From positions 7,874,001-7,938,000 of the forward strand of contig CM035354.1 in the NCBI GenBank assembly GCA_020137815.1: 64,000 bases of DNA, read 5' to 3'. Under the pieces are notes generated by a model that was not told where the DNA came from, searched no databases, and saw nothing but the letters and a program-made list of their open reading frames with translations. The position numbers and the translations under genes were made by a program. Below are positions 36,560-50,400 of the stretch, piece after piece. Source of the stretch: Hormiphora californensis. Lineage: Eukaryota > Animalia > Ctenophora. How positions within the stretch are numbered: position 1 is the first letter of the stretch; each line of letters opens with the position of its first letter.

Positions 36560-39500
36560 ACCAGGGCGGGCCCCCCAATCCCGGCCCAGGGTAACGGATC
36601 AGGGTGTTAATGAAATTTTATCTTTCCCAGTTACGCCAGTGTGTGCAGTGATTATCCGCCCGTACTTATTGACGCATTTTTCCCTTTCCGCCCGGATCAT
36701 CCGCCCCGTCTTATTCAAAAGCTTTTTTTTCCCGGCCTTTAACATGCTTCTAAACCCTTTTTCGGTTGAGGGAAGTGCCTATCAGGGGGTTTCCCTTTTT
36801 CAGATTTACCCAGTTGGACAGTACCGGCCGGCAGAGGTTGCCCACTGGCGAGGAGCCTCTTTGAAATCTCATCAAGGCCCATTGCCACCGAAAAGAAAAT
36901 GAAAAACCCCTTTACACACCAGGTTCAACCCCTGCTTATTTTCTGACCCACGAATGGGGTTGAATTGGCGGATTTAAAAGCCCATCACGGGAGGTTCGTT
37001 GAAATGGCCCATAGGGGGAAGACCCCGAAAAATTATGAAAACAGAAAAAAAAGGGAAAACTCGTTGGCCCCGCAAATAATATTGGGGTTGTATCTGAACG
37101 TAGTACGCTGGGGAGACGAGGGGGACTGGCAACAAATATTGCAAACAGTATAGATATTATGGGAAACGGGAACAAGGATTGTAATACGGAGGGGGATTGG
37201 GGCCCTGCACGGTGGGTTGGGTTTTGATTACTATTAGTCGGGGAGGAACATGGTGGGGCTTCAGTCGGGGGTGGGGGACTCTTTACTAAGAGCGTACAGT
37301 CGATCTCTTCTATTACCCCTTAGGTGTAGAATCTAAGGTTTTTTTAGGGGAAACCCTAGTAACTTCATGTATTTACACCCCTCCCGGGGCTAGTACCCTG
37401 GGGAAAGCGGGGGGAATTTTCTATATCCCTGAGGGTTTAAATCGAGCAACCACCTCACGATCTTTTTTTGGGTTCTGGGAATTTTAACGCGAAACGGGGC
37501 CCTAAAATCCCCGGGTTCACTTATAATATAGGACAAACGGGAATGGTTCCCTATTCGGGCCCCTTGGGAGGAATGTGACCAGAGGCTACTAACTAATTTA
37601 TGGGGAAAAGGAGAAGCGCTGGACCTTCCCTACAGGGGTACTCACCAAGCTCTTCTGATTAGTGTTGTGGAAAGAATGGAGAGCTTCGATCAGGCACCAG
37701 AACCACAAACTCTTCAACAGTAAGGCAGTGACCCCCCGTGATTTTAGTAAGATAAGATTGTCTCTGCGAAAAGCGCAACCGGGCAAAAAAGGTGCTGTAC
37801 GATTTTGAACCACTAATAAGGAAAAGGGAATTTCGGATACCTTCGCATATCTGCCCAAATCTTTCGAGCCCCGGGCAAAATGGATGGAACGCTAGGAAAA
37901 TTAAAACTATCCTGACGCTGTTCCCCAGACGAAAGGGAACACCTGAAACCAGCCCAAAGGGGAAGGCGGGACGGGGCAAAGGGCCCTAGATTGAGGGGGG
38001 CCCCGGGGGCTTTTGTTTTGCGGAAAAGGAGCGTTTTATTTGATCAAACGATGACACTGGGGAGAAAGGGTAAAGCAAAAACAACGGGGGAAATGCGTCA
38101 TACTGTGAGGAAAGGGGTTGAACACAGTTAAAGAGGGTCGGGAGCCCGCGGACTTGGGTAAACCCCGGGGCGAGCTGGAACTTTAAAAACGAGGTGGGGG
38201 TATAATAAAATCTGTAGAAATCACTGGGCGACGCCCGCTGGAGGCTGACCTGGAAAAGGGGACTTCTCGGTCTCCTTGGGTAAACCACCTACGTACCAGA
38301 CCCAAATCCAATAGCCCGGTATTGGATCACCAACTTCAATTGATGATGGTTCCTTCACCAGGGGGGAACGGGTAGCTAAAAAACACTAAAGTGGGGTAAG
38401 GGGGGCTGGGAGGATGGTATCAGCCCAAAAATTGTCAAAATGAGATACGGATGAGATTTTTTGGACATTTTCAACAACGCTTGATGAACAAAACATCCCT
38501 GATAAAGGGCCCCCAAAATCTCCCCGTGCCAAAAAAAGGGACTTGCCCAGGGTGGAAAACTACAGAAAAATTGCCTTGTTTCCGTATTTCCAAAACCTTA
38601 AAAGGTTTATTGAAAAAAATACACCATTTTTTGGGACATCCTAAACCCGGGAGCAAAAGGGTTTTAGGCCGGGTAGATCAACATCCTCTCACGTATTGGT
38701 CTCAGACGGAATTGGGGGGCGCAGGGAAAAAACAATCAGGCATGCTTGTTTGGGTTTGCGGCCTTTGATCCCTTCACGAGGTTCCAAATGAAGATCCTGA
38801 CGGCTTTGGAGTCCCCACCCCCTGTAACCTTATTGATGCCCTTTTCGGAACTGTGGCTTTAAAATCACTAAAGAGGCCCACGAAATTTTCCCAATTTAGC
38901 CGGTGTTCTTAGGGGGTACTTTTGCCCCTTGCTAATTATACCATCGTTAATAATGGGAAAAACTCTTGAAGGATAATTTTGGATTCATACCCAACCACGG
39001 AGGAGCAGAAGGTCCCGGTAAAAAGCAAACAGATGCTGATTGGCCGATATCTCGTTGTTCTTTCCCACCGATGGGCCCAGGTTTTTCCGGGCCGGCTGGG
39101 GTTTTTGCGGGCTCTTTTTGGTCCCACATAAATGGTGTAAGACGAAGTACATGACAAACGCATTGTCCAGATCCAAGGGTATAAATCTGAGGGCATTTGC
39201 TGGATGAAGGGGATGACTTTGATCCCTGGGATCAGGGATTGGAAACTTTGAAAGTTTTCAAGTTAAGGTTTAAGGCATGGAGTGCCCTTAAAAATAACAG
39301 AGTCGGGAATTAAGATGTAAAGGGAAGATGAAGGTGAGGTTTTTCAATCCACTGTCGAAACACCTTCTATACGGATCTGAAACGGGGAATAACCCAAAGA
39401 GCCTGGGGAAAGAAGTTGAGGGGTTTACTCAGATTTTGAACACTGAACATCATGTGCAGAAAGTGTCAATGCCGTGTTTTTCCAAGCATCCTCTGAACTG

Positions 39501-39740
39501 AGAAATTAAAACCAAGACTGAGAATGGCTGGGCACCTTGCTAGACCGATAACCAGTGGGACAAACTCTTATTGGAAACCAGCTCGGGCCAGGCGCGGCGT
39601 GGCCCCCCCTTTACAACCTTCCAAGATGTCCTTTTAAAAACCCGGGCGGGGGGTGTGAAACATAACGAAATGTTTAAACTTATGTGAAACCGGGGAAAAA
39701 CGGGAGATCGTTCTTACTACTCGACCTCCCGGCCGCCATA
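36560..39740 (-). mobile_element. Degraded / low-quality non-LTR retrotransposon RT fragment in a CRTC intron
   Basis: Minus-strand YRPISIC (ORF 38936-39196), followed by an approximate 'FSDFKA' motif, matches the non-LTR RT motif order. Frames are broken by noisy sequence; boundaries approximate. Confidence 0.4.
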
Positions 39741-40503
39741 ATCAATCAATCATTTTTTGGGTGTTTGCGTGGGTTTGAGGTTTTAATTTAGATGCAGGTT
39801 TTAAAATTTGGGGGGAGTCAGATAAAGGGGGGTTTAAAAGAAAGATAGAAGGGTAGGAGAGAGGGTACGTAAAAGGGGGAGAGGGAAAGGGGAAACCAAG
39901 ACTTTACTAAGGGATAATAAGTGGGGAAAGTAGGTTTTGGGGAGGGGGTTTGAGACTGGGAAACGAACTTTAAATTACACAAAAAGGGATGGAAATAGAA
40001 AAGAAGATAAGGGGAAAATGGAGATAGAGAGATTTAAAAAACAGATAGAAAAAAGAGAGAATTAGCAGAGAGAAAGATAGAAGTAAACATAGTTCTACTC
40101 ATTGCACACATTTCAAACTAATGTTAATCGTTTTGATGGTTTAACGTAACACACAAAAACTAGAACACCGCTTAATGGGTTTGCAAAACAGATAAAAATG
40201 TGATAGAATTATACAAAATCAGATTAAAAACCGTTACCTTTTTTACGTTTACAGAATGCAGTATCTCGATCTAGAATTTTCCCCCTTGGGGCCCGTACTG
40301 ATGAGATAATGCCCCTATAAGTTTTCTATACTCTCCGAATAGCAAAGCTTATAAGGACTGAGTATTGTAAAACCCCTTTTAATAATTTTGAATTTTTAAC
40401 CACATAACCTTGAAACCTTTAAAAAAGGTTACATACCCCGTGTACCCTTCTAAAAGGAAGATAGTAGAAGGGGAGAGGGGGGGAAGACAGGGAGAGGGAG
40501 AGA

Positions 40504-40537
<34 letters not shown>

Positions 40538-40737
40538 GCGAAAAAAAAGAGAGTGAGCGAAAAAAAGAGAGAGTGAGGGAGAGAGAAGATGGAGGGTGTC
40601 CAGGTCGACGGAAGAAGGGAGATAGTAGAGCGATATGTTTGGAGAGGCCCGCTGTGAGCGCGTTTACGGCACGCGCCGCGCTCTCCCTGCTAAAGAAAGG
40701 ACAACGGCGGGCGCCATTTCACTTTTATTTTGGGATG

Positions 40738-42120
40738 TTCTTTCAGAACTGGAGAACCCCCTCCTCTCCTCTCCAGTTCCCCCTTTCCCTCTCCCCCCCC
40801 GCCTCTCCTCCCCCCCTCTCCCTTCCCCCCCCCCTCCCCTTTTCCCATCTCAAATGTGCTTGTCTCCCCTCCTCCCTTACCCCCCCTCCCCTCTCGCCTC
40901 CCTACCGTCACCTCCTCCCCGCCCCATTTCCCCCTTTTCAGCCCTATGTTAGTTTTGTTCCCTACCCCGTTGTTGCCTTCCCTACTATTCCATCCCTATT
41001 ATCCCCCCTAATTACCCCCCCCCTACACTAAATTTCCCAAACCCTCCTTTCAGGCTTACGAATGCAGCAGCAGGCACCGTACTGCCAAGGAGGTATATTG
41101 ATATCGATAAAGCTACAGGGGTAAATTAAAAAACCAGCAGATGCTACAGCCCCTCTCCCCCATACCCCTCACGCCTATAAAAGGGAAATAGGGAATTGTG
41201 CCTGTGATTTTTGTTTATGGCGTGGATCAAACATTTTGTAATTTCAGTTGGGTTCCCTGGATTGGCTACCCCGGATGACATCTCGATGCGGGATGTCAAC
41301 TTCCTCCCCCCACCCCTCTCAACACGGAAAACCCCTCCCCTGGGGAACTAATAACTTCTTTTGTGACTATTGTCATGTCATATGTTTTTATAATACTGTA
41401 GGATTTCAAATAGTAAAATTTTTATCGAAACAATTTTTTGGAAAACAATTTGTTTGGAAACAATTGTTTAATTTGTAATACTGTAGTTTTACATTCCCAA
41501 ATAAAAAATGCCTCCAATATTCGAATAACCCCAAAACATGGATGAATCCCAGTACTGTATATAAAACGCCCACCTAAACACACCAGCCCCTACCCCCCTC
41601 TTAACCCAAGATTCAGGTAAAACATCACCCATCTACTTCCAGCTTCTCTCTCGGGGTCCCTTTCTTTGATTTACTATTGAAAGCCCCCCCTCCCCACAAA
41701 AACCCCCTCTTATACAGGTTAACCCCGGGCGAGGGCGATGTTCCCCAATACTACCCTAAAAGACCCCCAGGCGGGCCCCAGGAGGTCGGGAGGACATTAT
41801 AGCTTCCTGGATGGCCTTATGCACACGGGGATAAGAGTCCAGGGGACTCTTTTAAATACACCCATCCTAAATTTGAGTGGGTGCTCTTCAAAAAAATTTT
41901 TGAGCCGTTGCACGTGCTGTTTTGCCATGTGCGGGGCTTTTCCTTTCTTTTCTCCACTGAAAACCATTCAAAACTGCTAAAGAAAGAAGAGTGATAATTG
42001 CTATCCGCATTGGTGACTTATGTTGTAGTGCGGGAAATGCAAGTTGGGTTATTTTTTTTTTTTTAAATTTGTTTTGGGTACAAACTTTATTCCTCAATGT
42101 TTGATTGGGGAAAGTGAAGA

Positions 42121-42154
<34 letters not shown>

Positions 42155-45100
42155 AGGGAGAGGGAGAGAAAAAAAAAAAAACATTACATTGATTTTTGGG
42201 GGTTTGAGGATGGGTACTGTTTTGATCTTATCCCCTTTAGATTGCCATTGAATGTGTAGCCCCATTCCCCCGTGATCCCTGTGTTCCCACACTATTTGTA
42301 ATATTAAACATTTATTTTTTTTCGTTAAAAATTGGAAAAGGCACAGATTTTTTTTTTTTTGAATATAAACCCCACAGTTTCAGAGATGCCCCATGGACGC
42401 AAAAAGTCCGCAATTATTTATTTCCAATAACTGCCCTTCATTTTTTTTTGTAAATACCACCCTGAATAGATCTTTGTATTGTTATCACGAGCGAAATACT
42501 AAACCCCCTTTCACAAGAGAGTTAATAAATTTCCCAAATACCCTGGTATTTTTAAAATTGTCTTCACCCTTTTGGGAGCCTTCCCAGGACAAGATATTGT
42601 AAAATTTTTGGTGAAGGATTTTTGGGTGTGTCACCCTGGCCTTATTTCTTTTGAAAAACCCAAAAAAACCGGTTTTTTCTGTCTCCCTCTTTTTTTTGTT
42701 TTTACGTCGAAATCTCTTCTCTCTCTCTCTTTCTCTCTCTCTCTCTCCTCTCTCTTTCCTCTCTCTCTCCCCTCTCTCTCCTCTCTCCCCCCCTTTTTGA
42801 AGGGACCATTTTACTCTCTTTTTTGCTCCCTCTCCCCCCGGGGGAGTCCCCCTCTCTTTCCTGTCACTTTTTTTAAAACTCGTGCTTTCATCCCAGCAGA
42901 ATATCCAAAAACTTTCTCGCGCTTTTCCCAAACCCCCAACAACACTGAATGGGATCTTGCGCGCGCGAATGAAAGTAAAATCACGTTTTTTTTTTTCGCG
43001 CGTAAAATTTTTTTTTGAAAAACTCGTTTTTGAAAGCCCTTGAGATTTTTTGAAAAAAATCTAAGGCTTTTTTTCCCCCAAAAATTTTTTTTCGCCAGGG
43101 GTTGCCAACCCGAGTCAACAGACTATCCAGTTTGAGGCCTTAAAGCTGAAAGGACCTAGATATGCTAAAGGGTTCATCCAGGAAGGCCCATTTTGTCATT
43201 TTCGGCAATTTTTTGTCAAAACGTATTTTTTTTTCCTTTTTGTAAATAGATTGCCCTTTCTCTTCCCTCTTTTCCCAAAAAATTTTTATAGATAGAGCCA
43301 CGGGTTAGAAAAAAATTTCTTTACCTCTCCCCGGTAGGGGGGCGCTGGGCTTCGGCCCGCAGTCCCGGGGTGTCCGGGCCAGGGGGGCCCCCGGGTGGGG
43401 GGGTGTGGGGGGTGAAACCCCCACAAGCAGGGTCCGGGGCGCACCCCCGGGGGGGGTGTGGGGGGCGACCCCGCGGGGCAGGGCTGCAAGCCCGGTGGGG
43501 GTTTGGGGGGGGGCGAAGCCCCCCGAAAATTTCGGACATTTTGGGGCTTTTTTAAAAAACGTTTTTAAAAGCTTTTCCGAACCCCCTTTTGGAAAAGGAA
43601 AAAAGATGAAAGTTTTTGATCAAAAAAAAAAAAACTCACCCGGCGCACAAAATTTTTTGGGGTGAACCGAACACCCGGGCATGTCAAAATGCACTGTGGC
43701 GCGGGGAAAGACCCTCTTTTGCTCTGCCCGTGCGTTAAAGGTGCGCGCAGTAAACCGGGTCCGGCAGGTGGACACCCGCTGCGCAAAAAACCCAAGTTTT
43801 CGCATTTTCCACCCTTTTTTTTCAAATTTTTTTTTTTTTTTTCCTTTTTTTTCTTCTTTTCTTCTCCCCTTTTTGGTCGGGGTTTCCCGCGGAACCCGGC
43901 ACCCACGACGCCGCCCCCGGCCCGGGCATTTTTTAGAGCCTCTGAAAAGAAAATCTTTAGGGTTTTCCCTATGAAGGAAGATCCGACGCTAGAGAGGGAC
44001 TTTTAAGGGCCCCAAGGGCACCGTAAATGTTGCCACTTCAACCCAATTGAAAAAAACTTGCTACCGTTTTTGGGTCAACTGTGATGGTAATACGATCCAA
44101 ACCTAACTTTCAAAATGATCGAATCTTGCTTCATTTTTATCCGTCCACATCTCTCATGACAAAACTTCCCTCAGGTTTTTAAATTCACCCCCAAAAAGGT
44201 ACCGGTTCCTGGACAAAAAACCCCTGTAAGTCGTAAAGTTTTTGTCCCCCCCGGTCTTCTAGCACTGATCACGGGCCGAACCATCCATTATGGATTTTCC
44301 CCATCAAGGGGGAAACAAAACCCTGTTCCCAAGGGACACACAACACGTTCGGTTGCGCTTTTCAGCGACGGGGGAGTTTGGTTTCTCTTTGATGAAAAAC
44401 AGTGAAACTGTGGACAGTGCACAGACAGAAAATTCCGGTTTTGTTTTTTCTCAATGTTTAATTGATCAAATTCGTTTTTCCCCCCTCTGTGCTTGAGATG
44501 TTAATAAAATCCTCCCCCGGTTTTTCTAAATGGTCACGTGAACTGGGGGAAAAAAGGGCCAAAATTCTCACGACGGTAAATGGGGCCTCTGGAAATGACG
44601 ATAACCTAAAGTTTGGGAATCGCCTCAAACGGATACCACATTCTTTGAGCCACAGGTTTTTCAATGCGGTGAGTTTCCCTCCCATGGTACGGTGTTTTAG
44701 GCTAAAATCTGACTCTTTTGGTTAAACTGTGGGATCTGAGGATAACAAGTTTTTTGCAACATTAAACCATTCATGGGGCCGCTGTTAACATGCCATTCCA
44801 CCCCCAGTTGGGGGTTCCCAAATTGACCCCGATTTTTTAAAAATTGTCCCAATTTCATTTAATTTTACTCTTGTTTAAAAAGTATTTCCCCTGCACCCCC
44901 TCTCTTTCCCGGTAATTTCCTGTTATGCCAGCCTGACACAAACTAAAAAAAATGGATCTTTTAGAGGGGGACTTGTTTCACCTTCACGGGGCCCCAAGGG
45001 GCCTGCTATTTTCGCCGCTTTCTCTGGGAAATGGAGAAAACTTTGCTATGGGGGGGCTGATGAGCAGGGTTTGTTTTAAAAACAGGAGATTATTTATTAA

Positions 45101-46764
45101 CAAAAATTTTGTAATCACATTCCCTGGGGTCAAAAACTAAAACATTTTACCCCCCAGGTTTATGGTATGGGACTAACTTGCGGGAAGATGCCGCCCCTCC
45201 TGCCCCAAACCCTCCAAAAAAGGGAAAGTACATAGAGCTTAGACAGCAATACTAAATGTTTTAAAAGGGTAAGGAATCAAATAACCAGTCTTGCCGGGAA
45301 AAAAAAAGAAACCCCAAACCCCTTTAAAAACCCCTTTCCCCCCTTGTGGACCAAAACAGGTTGAAAAAAAGTGACCGTGTTGGCCCAACCTAAAAATTGT
45401 ATTTATCGCCCAAACCCTTAATGTGGGACCTCCTTGTTCAGTCTCCCCAAAATCCACTCTAATGGAACAGGAAACAACCCTAATGAAATAGCTCTTTTTA
45501 ACGTGATCATCTACCTGCGGTTAAAAGAGCTGCATTCGCATTATTTTTTGTTTTAGTCCTGATAAAAATCCGTAGGCATCAGTTTCCCCCCCCAAATTTT
45601 AACCGTTATTATCCCCCCGCCGTACGACCTCTCGGAGCCCAGTTATCCTTCCCCCAATGGGAAACCACCTGGAACCATGGTTGGTCAATAGCGTCCTGAC
45701 CAGACGTGTCTATTTTAGAGCAGCGGCTGACTATGACGAAAACAACTGAAAGAAGTCTGGGGCAATCAGCAGTATTCCCCTTTAAATTAAGGGCCCAAAA
45801 GATTAAAAGATAGTGGGATAAAGTTTTTTAAGTTGTTCACAGTTTATATTAAAATATTGCCCCAATATATTATTGAAGCATTTTTTTTAATTTATACCTT
45901 GATATGCCGGGGATATGGATTTTTTTTAAAATTACAAAACAGTTTTTTATTTTTGTCTTTGCCATCTGGCCCCAAATTCCAATCCCCCTCTACACACCTG
46001 TCTCAGCAAAATGGGGACCAAAAATTGTAATTTTATTACTGGAAAAGCTAAAAGCTGGAGGAAGTCACGCCATTTTGGGGAAAGGGAAATTTCCCCTTTT
46101 ACGCTTTTCATCCCAAAAAAATAGACTGTAAGTGTTGTGGAAAAAAATAACAATTCTTCCTCCCTCTCTTTCCCGCCATTTAATTCCGGCCCGACGCAAG
46201 GGGAACCGGGGAAATTGCTCGTGAAAAAAAGCCTCCCCGCAGCAGCACAGGGACGTAGCGCCCGGGATGACCCAAAACCGCGCAAACTGAAAGAAATAAT
46301 TTAGCGGCTGAAAAACATCCATACAAGGGGGGAAAACATTTTATTTCCCCGCGCCCCGAACTATACACAAAATGACAACCCCCCTCCTTTAGATGAAATA
46401 GAGGCTGTGTGGTGGGAAAATACATGTCTGGTTAAACGCCTTAAAAGGTTTTACCTGGTCCATACATGAAAGGGAAACCAATGTCATTTTCCCTTTTGGG
46501 GGTTTTGTCATTGGGTTTTTAATAACGAGACTTTTACACAACAAAAATAATTGCCCTTGGGCATAACCACTTACCAACAAACAATACCCCTCCTAGAAAG
46601 GGTTCCGGGGAAAATGTGGGAGGGGAAAGGGCTTTCAAGCTGCTAGCTGGGTACCCCGATAAAACAGCCTACGCCCTGTTTCTTTTTGCATACTATGATC
46701 CAGAAAAAAGAAGGGAATGTTTTTTTGGGGAAATGCAAAAGTACGTTATCTCCTTTCGAGTTTC
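40738..46764 (+). repeat. Error-rich duplicate of 53711-60102 (CRTC 3' exons, hAT MITE, POC1, ITPA 5' part)
   Basis: Collinear with the clean copy along its length but ~6% shorter, with pervasive homopolymer smearing and frameshifts. Confidence 0.92.
43971..45806 (+). pseudogene. POC1: POC1 copy in the noisy duplicate (frameshifted; probably sequence error rather than a true pseudogene)
   Basis: Starts [13 protein letters not shown] and is collinear with 57159-59115. Confidence 0.6.
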
Positions 46765-47001
46765 ATTTCCCCTACTATAGTCATGACCACTATTGGTACT
46801 ACCACGTCTATAACAACATCCCCCAATCAGGGTCAGATAGTGCCACCTCGGGGACCGGAGAATTTCGGTTGGGACCCAGTTTTTCAGCCGGACGGGTTTG
46901 CAGAGACGTATGCGGAAATGGATAAAGATATCAAAAACACTATTTCACACCGATTCCGAGCACTTGAGGCACTGGGAAACTATTTTGCTAATCAATCGTA
47001 A
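46011..47001 (+). CDS. ITPA: Inosine triphosphate pyrophosphatase (Ham1), complete-layout copy: 5' exons noisy, last exon clean
   Basis: Last exon 46831-47001 [45 protein letters not shown] (FGWD and SHR motifs); upstream exons are collinear with 59334-60077. Confidence 0.85.
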
Positions 47002-47220
47002 TTGATCTTGTAATTCCGTTTTTATTGAGAGTTTTTAAATCCAATGTTTCAACCGATTTTACAATAAAACGGACTGCTTCAGTAAACAGGAGAAATGAGG
47101 CAGTCCGTTTTTAATAATGGAGGGGACAATTGGTTCAGTGTTTAGGAACGTTATTCATTGCTCCATAAAAATAATAAGAAATTGTCTGTCAACCTATCTC
47201 GCCCTCAGTCGTTCTTTATT

Positions 47221-47275
<55 letters not shown>

Positions 47276-47461
47276 AAGTCTCGTTCTTTCTCTCTTTCTC
47301 CCTAAATGTCTTTCACTCTCAGCAGGTCGATTGTTTCTTTCACTTTCAGGTCGAGATCTCATTAGGTTTCCTCTTTCATTCTGTTCCCTACTGAAGAGAC
47401 CAATTGATCAATAAATATACACAAATACACACAACTCTAGTTGCTACTCATACCACTCTCC

Positions 47462-50400
47462 TCATGTTACTAGAACGAGAAGCAGCATGCAAATTGTCAC
47501 TGCTCCTGTTGTGTCTCTTCTCAGACTAGAGTTCACCACCTCCCTCGCATTACTCTCCACAACTCCACCTCCATCCCCCGTATCCTCTGTTCCTTCCACT
47601 AAGTTGTCATCTCTCTCCCCATCCTCACGGGCTACTGTGTAAGTTCGGGACTTGTTGCCGGTGGTGAAGGGTTGATTAGGAACCGCCTCTGTCCTCCCCA
47701 TATCGATTGGGGGAGTGGCTGTACCTCCAGTTAGCTGCCATTTATAAACAGGAAAGAGGCGCTCTGACCCAATAGTCTTGTTTATCAGATCGATAGCTGT
47801 GTACATGATCTCGGTAGCTTCACTCTGCTCTGCTGACACAAGAAGATCAGCTCCCTCGGGGTTAATACGCTGTTCTTCTATCGTGTAGGAGTAGGCTAGG
47901 TTTTGGTAGCTAGCAAGCCCCGCCCCGTTCCAACACGGTCCCGTGTTGTTAGAATATGCACACGGTTTAGTGGCTGGATCTTCAATGAAACTGTTTAGGC
48001 CCATTTGGCGGGAAAAGAACTCTGTAAAGTGAGAGAGATCAGGACCACCCATCCCACCCTGTGATCCTGCACCAGCCTGCCTCTTCCTCCTCCTCCCTAC
48101 AAACTGCCTCCCTACACAGTCATCTGTAAACGCCTTCTTCTTCACCAGGGCATTCACCTTCTTGAAAAAGAGGGACAGGGAGCCAGTCTCCATCTCGAGG
48201 TTGTAATACAGATCGTAGTAGACCTGGTCCATATTGCGGACTAATCGGAGGAAGATGTCTCGGTACTGGAGGATAGAGGCGTAGCAACCCCGCACCACAT
48301 TTAAACAATAGTCTCGGCAAACCTGAAGGGTAATTGGGAGGTCAGCTGGGAGATACTTCATCTACTAATTTCATGTCGCGACTAATAAACTTGTTCAGAC
48401 ACGGAGTTGAATCTAGGGAATCCGTTCAAAACACGGCGACGACATGGAATGGAGAGATGTATTCACATACCCCAGCCTTAGCTGTGCTATCAAGGCAGAC
48501 AGGGCATCCAGTGGGGGTGTACTGTCTATCTAGGGGGATTCCTGCCTTGCTAGCCAGATGAGCACATCGATCTGACAACTGAATATTCGCCGTCGCCTGG
48601 GAAAGTTCGAGTTAGTTAGTCGGTTAGTGAGTAGCAGTCAGTGCTGTCAGTCTGATAGTTGAAACGTCAGACAGAATAATCTTTCTAGTACATAGTTAAG
48701 AGACTCGATGGGGGCGAGAAATCTTTCTAGTATTTTAGCGGTTCCATAGCAGGGGTGTTATACGAAACAGAGTTTGAGAAATAATTTCATGGGAATTGGG
48801 TAATTATAATTCTAAATATTCACCTGCAGTGTAGCATTAATTGCCTGGACCCCCTTCTGATACGCGTACATGTAGTTAACCAGGTTGATTATATCTGGCA
48901 TTGCAAGTCTCTTCAACTCTCTAATCTCCTGGCGGGTATGTGCATGTGAAACCAGGTAGATATTTAAGTTGATATCGAGGAAACACTTTCCCGATATTTA
49001 TAGACGGTTCTTTAATCGAGGAAACACTTCTAGACGGTTCTTTAATCGAGGCAACACTTCTTGGGCACGTCACGCCCCCCTCACACAGGGTCTTGGTTGA
49101 TACGCAGCGGGCAGGGTGTGGTGATATTGACAAGCTCACACACGAAGCTATAGAGACCAATAGTAGTTAAGGTTATATCGGCTGACACTTCGTGTGAGTT
49201 CAACTTGTCAATCACACCCTTCTAGATCTTGCCTGGCTAGACTGTGTTTCGGGCGCCCCGCACCCTTACAAATGTAAAGGGAGGGTTAGAACATAACAAT
49301 CTAGATCGATACAACTGTCAAATCTATCTCTCTTATTATCTCTCCTATTATAAACTATGAAGCTGCGCATCTTTATAGATTAATTAACCCAACCCTGTCA
49401 CATTGTGTCTGGGATCTTATGGGGGGGGTTTTCCCCTGGGGAAATTTTGGTATACTTGGATACTTTGGCATTGGAAAATTCCAAAAAATATTGGAAAGGG
49501 ACCAAGTATCCCAAAATATACCAATTTTTTTTAATAGCTTTGCGTACTTTAAAATGTTAATTTAAAATAATTTAAAGGGTTTAAAACAGTTTTTATAAAA
49601 TTTTTTTAACCAAACTTAGGGTTAACTAGGCTGAATTGGCTAATTTTTAGAATCGAGGGGAAATTTTTTGCCAAAATATAATCACAAAAATTTTGGGGTT
49701 TTTACACTTGGGACTCATTTTTAGGGATAAAATTTTTTTAAAAAAATCGAAAAAAATTTGAAATAGTATTTTGTTAAAGTCTCTAAAAATTTTTCAAAAA
49801 TTGCCTCAAAAACCGGGGAAAAACCCCCGGCCCCCTGATGGCCAGCCTTGGGATAGCCGGGTGAGTAACATACTAAAAATCAGCTTTTTTTTAGCAATTT
49901 TAAGAAATAAAAGGGTTTAGTTTTTTACAAAATTTTGCCAATTTTTTTATTTATCGCTTAAATTTTTCCTTTTTCAAAATTTTATGGTAAAACTTTTTGG
50001 GTTTCCTTTGGATTTTTGGTTACTTTGGGATACTTTGGATATGGAAAATCGCTGAAAAAGTTGTGGAAAGTGCCAAAGTATACCAAAGTATACCATGGGA
50101 ACCCCCCCGATCTTATTACCACATAAACTATTTTGAGCAGAGCTGTAGAATTAGATAGGGAACGAAGGAGAAAGAGAAGACAGGAAGACAGCCGAAGCGA
50201 ATATTATGGGATCCAAGATAAAAGATGAATTTGACACAGCAAAGTGGAGATATGAAGAAGAGGATCGAGAGCGTGCTAGTCTCAGTCCTAAAAGGATAAT
50301 GAGACTGACGAACACCCGGTACATGGCGAGGGAAAGGGGACGACAGGTTATACCTTGTATTTGACACGTGTCCAACTCGCATGTCCTCTTTCCCCTCTCT

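Noticed and set aside
34993-46580. Numerous Phe/Lys/Pro/Gly-rich short ORFs
   Set aside because: They arise from homopolymer-smeared low-quality sequence and are not genes.
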